From Malacoraja senta (lineage: Eukaryota): DNA of 64,000 nucleotides. Each line of letters starts with the position of its first letter. Within the stretch, counting starts at the first letter, position 1. The stretch covers positions 1 through 64,000 of the forward strand of contig JAXLNO010005984.1 of NCBI GenBank assembly GCA_038087875.1. Reading direction: 5' to 3'. Both the position numbers and the translations under genes were made by a program. Shown here in pieces: positions 26,239 to 37,749 of this stretch. The notes under the pieces were generated by a model. It was not told where the DNA came from. It saw only the letters and a program-made list of their open reading frames with translations, and made no database searches.

Positions 26239-26505
26239 CCCAGATGATGATCTTCCCACCGGGCAGGCTGCTGTGATCGACATGACAGGAATACTGTTTC
26301 CCATCATATGGATCATACTCAAGGACAGACCTTAGATGATATGTTCCATCGTTGTTGGGTATGACCCCAGAAGATTTCGTCTCAGAGACATGTTGACCAT
26401 TCTGCAACCAGCTGACATTGATGGCTGGTGGGTAAAATCCAAACACAGTGCAGTACAGGACTGAATGATCATCAGGGCGGGCAGCGAGAGTGACCTCAGG
26501 GGAAA
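26239..26505 (-). CDS. Ig C1-set (alpha3-type) exon of a non-classical MHC class I-like, CD1-like heavy chain: (V)SPEVTLAARPDDHSVLYCTVFGFYPPAINVSWLQNGQHVSETKSSGVIPNNDGTYHLRSVLEYDPYDGKQYSCHVDHSSLPGGKIIIW
   Basis: Acceptor CTTACTGCCTTGTAG|, donor G|GTAAGA; 267 nt, phase 1-1, open; canonical C..GFYP..I.V.W and YSC.V.H..L motifs. Confidence 0.95.
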
Positions 26506-27357
26506 CTACAAGGCAGTAAGATGGTTATTTTCATCTTCAGTAAAACTTGCACAGTCACCCACCACAAAATATTCTTCAGTCTACTACAACAACCAAGTTA
26601 CTGTCCACATCTGCCCCATTTTGCCTCTTTCGTCACCATCAACCAAACACGTGGTTTAAAAGGGATTGTATGCTCCCTGTTAAGACAGTACACAAGAACA
26701 TTTGAAAGTATGCACCATTAAATTCAGGAACAGCTTCTTCCCCACTGTTATTGGACTACTGAATGATTCTCATGTAAGATAAGATGTTGTCCTGATCTTC
26801 CAACCAATCTCATTGTGATCCTTGCAACTCTTTTTGATCTGCACTTTCTCTGTAACTGTAATGCTATGATATTGTAACCCGATATTCTGCACTCTGAGTA
26901 GTTTTCTCTTTGCACTGTTCTACTTGTGGATGGCTTGATTGCACATGTGTAGTATGATCTGATTGGATAACACACAGAAAAAACTTTTGACTATATCACA
27001 GTTCACGTGACAATAATAAACTAATACCAACGGCAAATCTTTTCACTAGGGCATATTATTGACAATAATAAATAATTGACAAGTTACAAAATGAGGGCCA
27101 ATTGGGGAGGGGACAAGCTTAAAATTGGCCGTATTTTCACTCCTCTTCAATAAGAGATAAAAGAGACCAGTCATTTGTTTACAAAATCTCTTTTTGCAGA
27201 GTGTGGTCATTCCCAGCGCCAGAGATTTGTGAAGACAAAATCATTGGAAGTATTTAATATGGCGGTAGTTAAACTTTTGAAAGATTGGAGAATTGAGTGC
27301 AATGAGGAACTGGCACCAAACAGGAGTTGATGCCTGAGGAACGTCAGCCATGGTCAT

Positions 27358-27899
27358 TGTGAGATTCAAAAATCACAAACGCTTTTAGAGACAAAGTCAG
27401 CAAAGAAGCTTTTAATTCAAAATCATATTCTGCAGAATAGGTGCCTCTCCTCTGATGTCCCCTAGAGGCACACCGAGGATCGGGATGACTTCTATCTTTA
27501 TACATTTAATGGGTATCATTGTCACACCCTCATCCCTCCCCATTGTGCTTCTTCCAATCATAACATAAAGCCCACATTCCCACGAGAACGTCCTGGAACG
27601 TCCACCCGACGTCAAAGACACCTCCCATATCATGCATCGCATGTGCATTTAAATGAGACATCTTGTCATAGTGGGTGTGTGTACATATTCATGTAAGTTC
27701 ATTGCCCATGCGCACTGAGTGTTTCTTATGACCCTTACCCTAGTTCTTGGCTGGGCTGTTGCTATCTTCTCTGTTCTCATCCTTGAAAAAGTCACCATCT
27801 GTACTTGTCCTTCACTCCCCCTATCCTCCCTACTATACTCCCTACTATACAAAGGGTTCTTGTCTAAATCAACTTATACCTATTAACCCCTTTCTCTCA
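27358..27899 (-). mobile_element. 3' LTR of the provirus
   Basis: Follows PPT AAAAGTAAAAGTGTGGAT; TGAGAG...CTCACA; polyA signal reads ATTAAA here. Confidence 0.93.
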
Positions 27900-29224
27900 A
27901 TCCACACTTTTACTTTTGCTACTGCAATCTTTGATTTAGACTATCTGCCCCTTCTCTAATGCTAGCAGCAGAATCTTCGCCTCTCTCTATCTTCCTCTCA
28001 TTCGATAGACAGGGAGGTGAGACCTGCTAGGGCTCTCGATACTGACCCATCAGGAGCAATGTTGTTGGGGATGAAGGTGCAACATTGTTCCCCAAACATT
28101 ACACACACCCCTCCCTTCTCAGCCAGTAGCATGTCTAAGGCCATGCGATTTTGCCAGGCCATTAGGCTGGTATCTGTCAGTTGTTCCGCTAATCCTTCAA
28201 CCGCATCTCGAGTGTAATTTATAAAGCGTTGTTGATTGTAGTATAGGTAGTTGATCCAGTCCACATTTTTATTAAGTGTGGACCACCAGAAGAGTATGGA
28301 CTCAAAGCCCGCAGCTATCTGGTTTCTGGCTTTGAATTCATCGGGTACCCCTCTTGGCACCCCTATCGCATCTATATATATGTGTGTGTCGAAGGGTCTG
28401 TCCTTCGGCCCTTTGTATTGTTGTTGCTAGCCGGGAGTAGGTAATGATAACTCTGGCAGGTCGCATCCTTTGGTAGGATGGGATTCGTGAATAGCTGTAG
28501 TATACATGACATAGCCCCAGGTGTCCTATCCCAATTCAAGGGAAATGGTTCTGGAACCAGCTGAGGCTTAGCTCCGGCACAGGCGTAGCAATTGGTGTGT
28601 TGCATACTCCTGGCCGTGTACATCATCCAGGCAAGCCAGGTGTTGGCTCCCTTCCCTCCTGTAGGTATTCCCTCCTCATATAATTGCCTTAATTCTGTTT
28701 CTCCTGCTACTATCATTATCTTCAAATCCTTAGGCTCATTCTCCCTGTTCTATCTGCACATCCTTCCACTTTCCTGCATTTGAACACTCTGTATGCTTAC
28801 ATAGTTGGGTAACCACCCAACACACGACCCACCAACACGAAATCTTCATTTTTCCCGCGGGTTCTTGTTAAATATTAAAGTCAATGGTTCCTCTCCTTTG
28901 CGCACAGTCCACGGGCTGATATTGTTTGGTGGGGCCTCCACAGGACCCTTAAATCGGCTTGCGTGTGTCCACCCTTTTTCTTTTGTTCGTACTGCTGTCT
29001 CGGTGATTAGTAACACCAGGTAGGGTCCAGTCCACTTAGGTTGCAGCTTTTCTTCCTTCCATGATGTTACAAGATCCCAGTCCCCCGCTTTCACAGAATG
29101 GATTGGAAAGTCGAGATGGGGACTCTGTGCCAGCAGCCCCTTGGTTCTTAATTCTGTAAGAGAACGAGATACTGCCAGTAAATAGTTCCTTAGGAATACA
29201 TCATTCCCTTGTATTTGTTGGGAC

Positions 29225-30190
29225 CCCTTCTATCGTTCCTAAATAATAAAGACCTAACTTGTTCAACCTTTCTCTGTGTCTTAGTTGCTGAAACCCAGTC
29301 AACATTCTAATTGATCTCCTCTGTACTCTCTCTATTTTGTTGACATCCTTCCTATAATTATGCCTACCAAAATTATACACCATACTCCACAATTGACCTC
29401 ACCAATACCTTGTACAATTTAACATTACAACCCAACTTCTATACACAATGCTCTGATTTATAAAGGCCAACACACCAAAATCTTTCTTTACCATCCTATC
29501 TTCATGAAATTCCACCTTCAGGGAACCATGCACAGTTATTCCTAGATCCCTCTATTCAACTTCATTCCTCAATTCACAATCATTTACCATGTACATTCAA
29601 TTTTGATTTGTCCTGCCAAGATGTATCACCTCACACTTATCAACATTAAACCCATCTGTCATGTTTCAACCCATTCTTCCAAATGACCTAAATCTCTCTG
29701 TACACTTTTTAAAATCTACTTCATTATTCACAACACCACCTATCTTAGTATCATCTACATACTTATTAATCTATTTTACCACACCAGCATCCAGATTATT
29801 GATTCACATGACAAACAACAGTGGACCCAACACACATCCCCGAGGTACCCCTCTAGTCACTGACCTCCAACCTGACAAACATCCATCCACCATTGCTCTC
29901 TGACATCTCCCATACAGCCACTTTTTAATCCATCTTCCTATTCCTTACTAACCCTTCTTAACCAACCTTATTTCCTTATTGAACCTTGTCAAAGGCCTTA
30001 CTGAAGTTCATCTAGACAACATCCATCACTTTACCCTCATCAATTTCCCTAATAACCTTTTCAAAAAATTCAAGATTAGTCAAACATCACAATCACAAAT
30101 CCATGCTAATTCTTCCTAATCCTACCCTATTTATCCAAATTCTTATATTGTCTTAAGTATGCTTTCCATTATTTTGCCCACCACTGATGT
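29225..30190 (-). mobile_element. CR1 RT fragment nested in the provirus pol region
   Basis: KDVNKIERVQRR..RML.GFQQL..RERLNKLGLY and AFDKV/PRDVCWVH-type CR1 remnants. Confidence 0.85.
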
Positions 30191-32939
30191 CAAACAACGT
30201 TCTTGTTCAAACTCTACTCTTTTCGCACATCTCTTGTCCTCCTGTTCACTTACCTCAGGGCTATTATCTATTCGTACCTGCGGGACAGCCCTCAGGTATT
30301 ATTGAAATGGTACCAGGTATATCAACCTTCTACCTGAACATCGGTCGGTAGTTTAGAAAACTCATACATACACCTTGTCTTCAGGTTTAAAGGGTCCTTC
30401 CTCCTGGTCCACCTCCAACAGCTTTTACTTTTCCTGTTCATAAATAGACTTGTATATCATAATTAACTGTTTCATATACTTTTTAAATTCTATCTTTAAC
30501 TGTTCCAAACTCGGTCTCTTGTAGGGACCTCTCCATTGTGCCACCTGCTCGGTTAGTTTGCATGCAACATCTCTTCAGTGCCAATGGCAGGGCATCGATC
30601 CCATTCAACTTTGTAATTAAACAAATCTTATTTATATTAACCTTCAATGTTCCATTTATTCTTTCCACCATGCCTGTGACTGCAGGTGTTACATACCCAA
30701 ATGTGTATTTTACTCTAAGGGTCTCTATCGCCAACTTAGCTACTCCCTAAATGAAAACAATCCGTTGTCAAAGCTGATTTCTGTACGTCTACCAAACCTC
30801 TTAATTACCTTATTCATCATAAACGACACTACAGGGCTTATACCTAATCTAGTCTGAACTATATCCTGCCTTTTCCCGAGGTTATCATACTCTGTCCTAC
30901 ATTCTGAAGTATTTTTTTTAAATCTCTCTCTCTCTCTTACATCGCTTGTTACTTATGGAACAATACCAACAAATCCTCCTTTAAATCCCTTTCTCTCTTG
31001 GGGACCCCAGTCCTGTTAGGGCTTATATCCAGATTAATTTCACTCCTGATAGGACTTTTTGAGGAAACGTACCCCAAAGACATTCATTATTGGCATGTAA
31101 TTCTCTGGCCCTGCTTGGTTCCGTCATAGGACTCACTTAGGTCCATTGTTTATTGACAACACCTCCTCCTGCTGGTTTGCAAATCTTTTTCCTATCTTTG
31201 CGATATTTCTCGACCGCAGAGACCAACTGTTCGCTGAATCTGCTTGACTTTAAGAAGAATGACATCCACCACAGTAGTTCATAATATAATGTTCATCAAT
31301 CAACTCTCCACCTTTTCAGCTGGTTTTCCAGATAGGCTATTTGCCTTTCCTTCTGTATCTCCCCTTGTTCCTTGGGGTTCCTCTTAAGTGGGTAACATTG
31401 TCTGAGGGTCTGCCATACCCTCTGCCTGACTGTGTCAAACAGTATGCCATTGCTTGTTACATTGTTCGCATCAGTTTATACCATCCATCTTCAGTAGTTC
31501 TGTCACTTTAGTGGTTCCTATCACTTTTACCAACAGTGCCTTCAAATCTTCCATGATCAATAATCGTCCCACGTTCTCCTCCTCCAAAGCCCTAATCCAT
31601 TTCCTCCCCCATCAGGGATATAGGGTGAGGTATTTTTTAGCCCTTTCAGTTTATGGGTGCCCCAAGGGATAATCCGTGTCTGTCCTTCTCTTTTCTCTTT
31701 AAAACAGTCTCATCACTTTATCCCAAAGCTTCCAACTTTAATCCTTTCTGGTATGCCTTCTTTCTAATTCTAAACTCAATTTCTTGCTTCTCAAATATTC
31801 TAGCCTCCTTGCAAAAATCTTCCACTGACTCCTCCTGCTTTATTACTTTCACGCCTGTCGTTTTTCTACTTCTGTTATCTTCTAACTGCCTCTCTCTCCT
31901 TTCTTTCTAAACTTGAATGTTTACCAATTAACTTATTTCCAATTATTTCAATCCATATTCACCACTATTTTAAATGTCCAATTCCTAGCACTAGTAACAA
32001 TTTTCCAAATTATCTTTACTGACTAGAAATCTAAAAGAACATCAGAAAAACCAAAAGCTGGTTTCACAACTTCCCCTTCTTACGAGGATACAAACATTAA
32101 TCGTTATCTTACAGCTGTTCGGCGCCTTTCACCATGACCTGATTTATTTAAAGGAACGTACACCTACCTACAGTGAACATTTTTGATTTTAATAAAACGT
32201 ACTTACTTACTCTTACAATGTGGTCTACAAATACAATAAACAAAATAATTATCACATATATAAACTTCCTCTTTCATTCCAAACCGGTTTTTACACACAA
32301 ATCACATTCGTTCCATTCTTACTTCAAATAAATGCAACATCTTTTACATGTATTAAAACTCAAAATAACAGAATCAAATCATTTTTGTCTTCTCCAATTC
32401 CCTGGGTATTTCTCTGCCCCCAGAGGCTCAATCATTTTTGTCCTCCAATTCCCTGGGTATTTCCCTGCCCCCAGAGGCTCAGCATTCGCCCCAACGGACT
32501 ATCAGGCAGAATGCTGGGGTCGGGCTTACCGGCCTTCCCCTCCCTGGTGGGCTTTCCGTTCTCATGGCCCATCTTCCCGATCGGAATTTCCCCCCCGATC
32601 TATTTTCCCGCCATTTTCCTGCCTTGCCCGTACAGACCCCTGAATTCTTCAGGGCGGTATCCACAAGGTCTTATCCCAATCGCCCGAGTAGTACTTAATA
32701 GTCAGTTTTCTTACCCGGGTCCTGTACACAAGAATCACTCGATTTGGCTCCTTTGTAAATTTCCCCCGATCTTCCTCCCGATCGGATTTCCAACTACTCC
32801 CACTTCTTTGCTGAGTCTCTGTTCAGGGATACCACTCGCCCAAACCGCTGACGGCAATCTAGGGGTCTGGGACCGTTAAAATCAACGGGGTGCACCGTCC
32901 CTTCTTCTGTATACCATCGTCAGCCAGCCGGAGTGGGGG

Positions 32940-32957
32940 TCCCGAGACGAGCCCCCA
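32940..32957 (-). promoter_or_regulatory. primer binding site, tRNA-Pro type
   Basis: TGGGGGCTCGTCTCGGGA, close to the MLV tRNA-Pro PBS TGGGGGCTCGTCCGGGAT, 5 nt inside the 5' LTR end. Confidence 0.85.
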
Positions 32958-32962
32958 AAAAT

Positions 32963-33490
32963 TGTGAGATTCAAAATCACAAACGCTTTTAGAGACAAAG
33001 TCGGCAAAGAAGCTTTTTATTCAAATCATATTCTGCAGAATAGGTGCCTCTCCTCTGATGTCCCCTAGAGGCACACCGAGGATCGGGATGACTTCTATCT
33101 TTATACATTTCATGGGTATCATCGTCACACCCTCATCCCTCCCCATTGTGCTTCTTCCAATCATAACATAAAGCCCACATTCCCACGAGAACGTCCTGGA
33201 ACGTCCACCCGACGTCAAAGACACCTCCCATATCATGCATCGCATGTGCATTTAAATGAGACATCTTGTCATAGTGGGTGTGTGTACATATTCATGTAAG
33301 TTCATTGCCCATGCGCACAGAGTGTTTCTCCTGACCCTTACCCCTGTTCTTGGCTGGGCTGTTGCTATCTTCTCTGTTCTCATCCTTGAAAAAGTCACCA
33401 TCTGTACTCGTCCTTCACTCCCCCTATCCTCCCTACTATACAAAGGGTTCTTGTCTAAATCAACTTATACCTATTAACCCCTTTCTCACA
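32963..33490 (-). mobile_element. 5' LTR of the provirus (528 bp)
   Basis: TGTGAG...CTCACA termini, intact AATAAA, followed by the PBS. Confidence 0.95.
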
Positions 33491-33565
33491 GCTGATCATC
33501 CAACTCAGTATCCTGTACCTGCCTTCTCTCCGTACCCCCTGATCCCTTCTGTGGCAGAGAGTTCC

Positions 33566-33815
33566 ATCGGCCATCTTTATGAGGGGTTGATGGCGGCCAT
33601 CGTGGTGAGGTCGGCGCCACTGATTGGTCGGATGTCGGTGGCCATCTTGGTGAGGGCAGGTGAGATCGCCACCGCTGATTGGTCGGATGCCAGCGGCCAT
33701 CTTTGTGAGGGGTTGATGGCGGCCATCCTGGTGAGGGCATGTGAGGTCGGCGCCGATGATTGGTCGGATGCCGGCGGCCATCTTGTTAAGGTCCCGCCGT
33801 TCAAGACGCCATCTT
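33566..33815 (-). repeat. GC-rich tandem array of YY1-like (AAGATGGC) and CCAAT motifs, probably part of a second ERV leader fragment (to about 33965)
   Basis: 5 perfect GCCATCTT plus 2 variants and 3 GATTGGTCGGATG on the plus strand. Confidence 0.75.
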
Positions 33816-33967
33816 GAGAAGGTACCAAAGGCCCACACACTTGTGTCCATTGTCCCCTCTAAACCTGTCTTGTCCACTCACCTGTCCAAGGGTCTTAGTT
33901 TACAACTCTTCACCCACCAGTGCCCATTTGACTTACTTTGGCTGGGAAAGTACATCTGGGACCCGTA

Positions 33968-34720
33968 AACACTCAGCATAGGAGCACCGCAAGGCTGCGT
34001 ACTTTCTCCTCTCCTCTACGCTCTCTACACCAATGACTTCACCTCTGTCAGTCAAGCTTCTCAAGTTTGCGGACAACACAACCCTGATTGGACTGATCCA
34101 GGATGGGGAGGAATCGGCCTACAGACATCAAGTGTCACAGCTGGCGTCCTGGTGCCGTAGCAACAACCTGGACCTCAATTCTCTTAAGACAGTGGAATTG
34201 ATTGTAGACTTTAGGAGAGCTCCCCTTCCCCTCACCCCACTCACCATCAACAACACCACAGTCACATCTGTGGAATCTTTTAAGTTCCTGGGAACCATCA
34301 TCTCCAAGGACCATAAGTGGGGGGCTACCATGGACTCCACAGTCAAACAGGCACAACAGATGATGTACTTCCTGCGGCAGCTGAGGAAACACAATCTGCC
34401 ACAGGCAATGATGGTCCAATTCTACACGACCATCGTAGAGTCTGTTCTCACCATCCCCATCATGGTCTGGTTTGGCTCAGTCACCAAGCACGACACCTGG
34501 AGGCTGCAGCGAATCGTCCGATCAGCAGAGAAGGTTATTGGCTGCAACCTTCCCTCCATTGATGAACTGTACACTGCAAGGGCCAGGAAGCGAGCGGGTA
34601 AGATCATCTCTGACCCCTCTCACCCTGGCCACAAACTATTTCAATCACTACCCTCTGGAAGGCGACTCCGGACTGTCACAGCAGTTTTTTATTCACGAGT
34701 AGTTGCTCTACTCAACAGCC
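33968..34720 (+). mobile_element. Rex1/Babar-like LINE RT fragment
   Basis: [34 protein letters not shown] motifs. Confidence 0.9.
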
Positions 34721-34871
34721 AAAATTGTTGTAATTGTTATATGGTTATATGGTTATAACAGCGGCGCCTAGCATTTATATATGCCTGAAGTAATTGAACT
34801 CCGCAATTGAATCTACAATGTTGGACACGTTCTTCTTCCTAACTTGTCTAATCTGATGTGCAACTATTTGG

Positions 34872-35170
34872 GCGGCACGGTGGCGCAGCGATGGAGTTGC
34901 TGCCTTACAGCGCCAGAGACCCGGGGTCAATCCTGACCGGGGATGCTGCCTGTACTTTCTTCCTGTGACAGCGTGGGTTTTCTCCGGGTGCTCCGGTTTC
35001 CTCCCACATGCCACAGACCTGCAGGTTTTCAAGGTTAATTGGCTTTGGAAAATTTGTAAATTGTCCCTAGTGCGTAGGGTAGTGCTAGCGTACGGGGTGA
35101 TCGCTGGTCGGGGTGGTCTTGGTGGGCCGAAAGGCCAGTTTCCACTCTATATCGCTAAAGTTTAAATCAG
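34872..35170 (+). mobile_element. V-SINE
   Basis: GGCGGCACGGTGGCGCAGCG head and V-domain. Confidence 0.9.
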
Positions 35171-35521
35171 CTTGTCTTAACTCATCTCATTCCCTTCCCC
35201 ACCAAACATAAAGATTGATAACCTGAGGTTTAAAACATAGAACAGTACAACACAGGAACCGCCCCTTCGGCCTACAATGCCTGTGCTAAACGTGACACCA
35301 CTGCCAACTCTTATCTGTCTGCACATTATCATTATCCCTCCATTCCCTGCCTATCCAAAAACCTGTTAAATGCCACTGTTGTATCTGCCTCCACCACCCC
35401 TGGCAACACACTCAAGATGCACTCTAACCTCTTATAACTTGCTCCACACATCTTTAAACTTTGCCCCACTCTCGTTAAAGCTATGCCCTCTAGTATTCCA
35501 TCTCTGTCCTGGAGAAAAGGG

Positions 35522-35700
35522 GCGGGCACGGTGGCGCAGCGGTAGAGTTCTTTGCTTACACTGCTTGCAGTGCCAGAGACCCGGGTTCGATCCTGACTAC
35601 GGGTGCTGTCAGTACAGATTTGTACATTTTCCCCTTGACCTGCGTGGGTTTTTTTTCCGAGATCTTCAGTTTTCTCCCACAATCCAAAGACATGTAGGTT
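35522..35700 (+). mobile_element. 3'-truncated V-SINE
   Basis: Head and V-domain. Confidence 0.85.
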
Positions 35701-35739
35701 TCAGATTCAGAATCAATCTTTATTGTCATTGTGCAGTGT

Positions 35740-37470
35740 AGAGTACAGAGACAGCGAAATGCAGTTAGCATCTCACCCAGAAGAGTGAACATAGAATAAT
35801 GGAACAACAGAGATGTTGACCCCCAGAAACCTGAAGCTGGAAACACGTTCCACCTCCGTCCCGTTAATGTGGATGGGGGTGTGCGTGCCGCCCCTAGACC
35901 TTCTGTAGTCCACAATGAGCTCCTTGGTCTTCTTGTAGTTACAGGCCAGGTTGTTGTCAGCGCACCATGCTGCTAGGAGCTGGACCTCCTCCCTATAGGC
36001 CGACTCATCGTTGTTGCTGATGAGGCAATCACTGTTGTATCATCTGCATACTTGATGATGGTGTTAGTACCATGTACAGGTGTGCAGTCGTAAGTGAAGA
36101 GGGAGTAGGATGGTGCAAATCCCACAACCTCATTCTCAACGTGGGAAAAACTAAGGAGATGGTGGTTGACTTCAGGAGGGCGGGAAAACAACACCATACA
36201 CCTCTGCACATCGATGGAGCTGATGTGGAAAGGGTCAACAGCGTGAAGTTTCTAGGACTCCACCTGTCAGATGACCTGACGTCCACGACCAACACCACAG
36301 CACTGGTCAAGAGAGCCCAGCAGCGACTACACCCTCTCCGAAGACTACGTAAAGCAGGTCTCCCCACTACACACCTACGAACTTTTTATAGGAGGACAAT
36401 CGAGAGCACATTAACCTCCGGCATCACTTCCTGGTTCGGGAGCTGCAAGGCGTACGAACGGCACCAACTAGACAGGATTGTGAAGACCGCCAGCAGGATT
36501 ATTGGTGCTCCACTCCCTTTCCTGCTGGACATATACAGGAAGAGATGTATCAGCAGAGCCATCTCCATCATCAAAGACCCCTACCACCCATCGCATCACA
36601 TATTCTCCATCCTGCCATCTGGGAAGAGGTACCGGAGCATTAGGTGCAAAACCAGCAGGATGCTCCTCAGCTTCTTCCCGCAGGTTATAAGACTGATAAA
36701 CGGACTTTGTCCCCTGCCAAAGTATCGTGCACCAACCACGAACCTGGACACACTGCAGCAGAGCCACTGTCGTGCCGCTGCCGATCGGAACGCCTGTTGA
36801 TGTTTAGTAGAGTAGAGTGTTAATTTGTTCATGATATATGTATTTTTACTTCTATTTATTTTTCACTGCACACTGAAATGGACACTGGTTGAGGAACATT
36901 TTTTTGTTTCCTCTGGGTATGCGAATACTCAGGAAATGACAATAAAGATATACAATACAATAGTAGAGGAGGGGGCTCAGCACACAGCCCTGTGGAACGC
37001 CGGTGTTCAGGGTGAGGGTTGAAGAGGTGTGGTTGTCTGACCTAACAGACTGCGGTCTGTTGGTTAGAAAGTCCAGTATCCAGTTGCAGAGAGAGGGGTC
37101 GATGCCCAGGTCGCTGAGTTTGGTCATCAGTTTTGAGGGGATAATGATGTTAAATGCTGAGATGAACAGCATTCTCACGTAGGTGTCTCTGTTGTCGAGG
37201 TGGGAGAGGGCGGAGTGAAGTGCCGTTGAGATGGCATCCTCCGTACTCCTGTTCTTGCGGTAGGCGAACTGATAGGGATCCAGTGTGGGAGGTAGGCAGC
37301 CTTTGAGGTGTGCCAGGACCAGCCTCTCGAAGCACTTAGTGATGATGGGAGTAAGTGCAACTGGGCAGAAGTCGTTGAGGCTCGCCGCAGTGGAGTGTTT
37401 TGGCACCGGCACGAGGGAGGTGGTTTTAAGGCACGTGGGGACAACTGCTTGGGCATGTGACAGGTTGAAG
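35740..37470 (-). mobile_element. Rex1-like LINE RT fragment (host), split by an antisense Rex1 insertion
   Basis: [10 protein letters not shown]...[11 protein letters not shown] (37470-36962) continues as YSLFT..IIKYADDTTV (36108-35740). Confidence 0.9.
36109..36961 (+). mobile_element. 5'-truncated Rex1-like LINE inserted antisense into the host Rex1
   Basis: ORF WCKSHNLILNVGKTKEMVVDFRR...; AATAAA and (TACAA)n tail; TSD AGTAG at 36104-36108 and 36962-36966. Confidence 0.88.
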
Positions 37471-37749
37471 ATGTCAGTCTAGAGAGTAGGTTAATTTGGT
37501 ATAAATGTAAATTGTCCCTAGTGTGCGTGGGGTAGTTTAATGCACGGGTATCGCTGGTTGACGTGGACGCGGTGGGCTGAAGGGCCTGATTCTGTGCTGT
37601 ATTTCTAAACTAAACTAAAAAAGTTCTGACTGTCTGGTTAAAGATATGAACACATGGGCTCACTGGTCTGCGGGCTATAGAAAGAATCTTGTACTTTGCT
37701 GACTTTCACAAGCAATGTTAAACTGAGACCAACGAAGTAACGGCAATTG

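Larger units (their letters stand above)
27358..33490 (-). mobile_element. internally deleted fish-type (gamma/epsilon-like) provirus, 6133 bp: 5' LTR, PBS-Pro, leader, degenerate gag region, integrase fragments, deleted env, PPT, 3' LTR
   Basis: Two about 98% identical LTRs; IN motifs (GMVERINGTLK; LQPKWTGPYLVLL...WTHASR); env motifs (GVPDEFKARNQIAAGFES, WQNRMALDMLLAEKGGVC..FGEQCC). No protease or RT seen. Confidence 0.95.

Noticed and set aside
32220-32879. 219-aa plus-strand ORF in the provirus
   Set aside because: Antisense to the Pro/Gly-biased repetitive leader; no recognisable domain.
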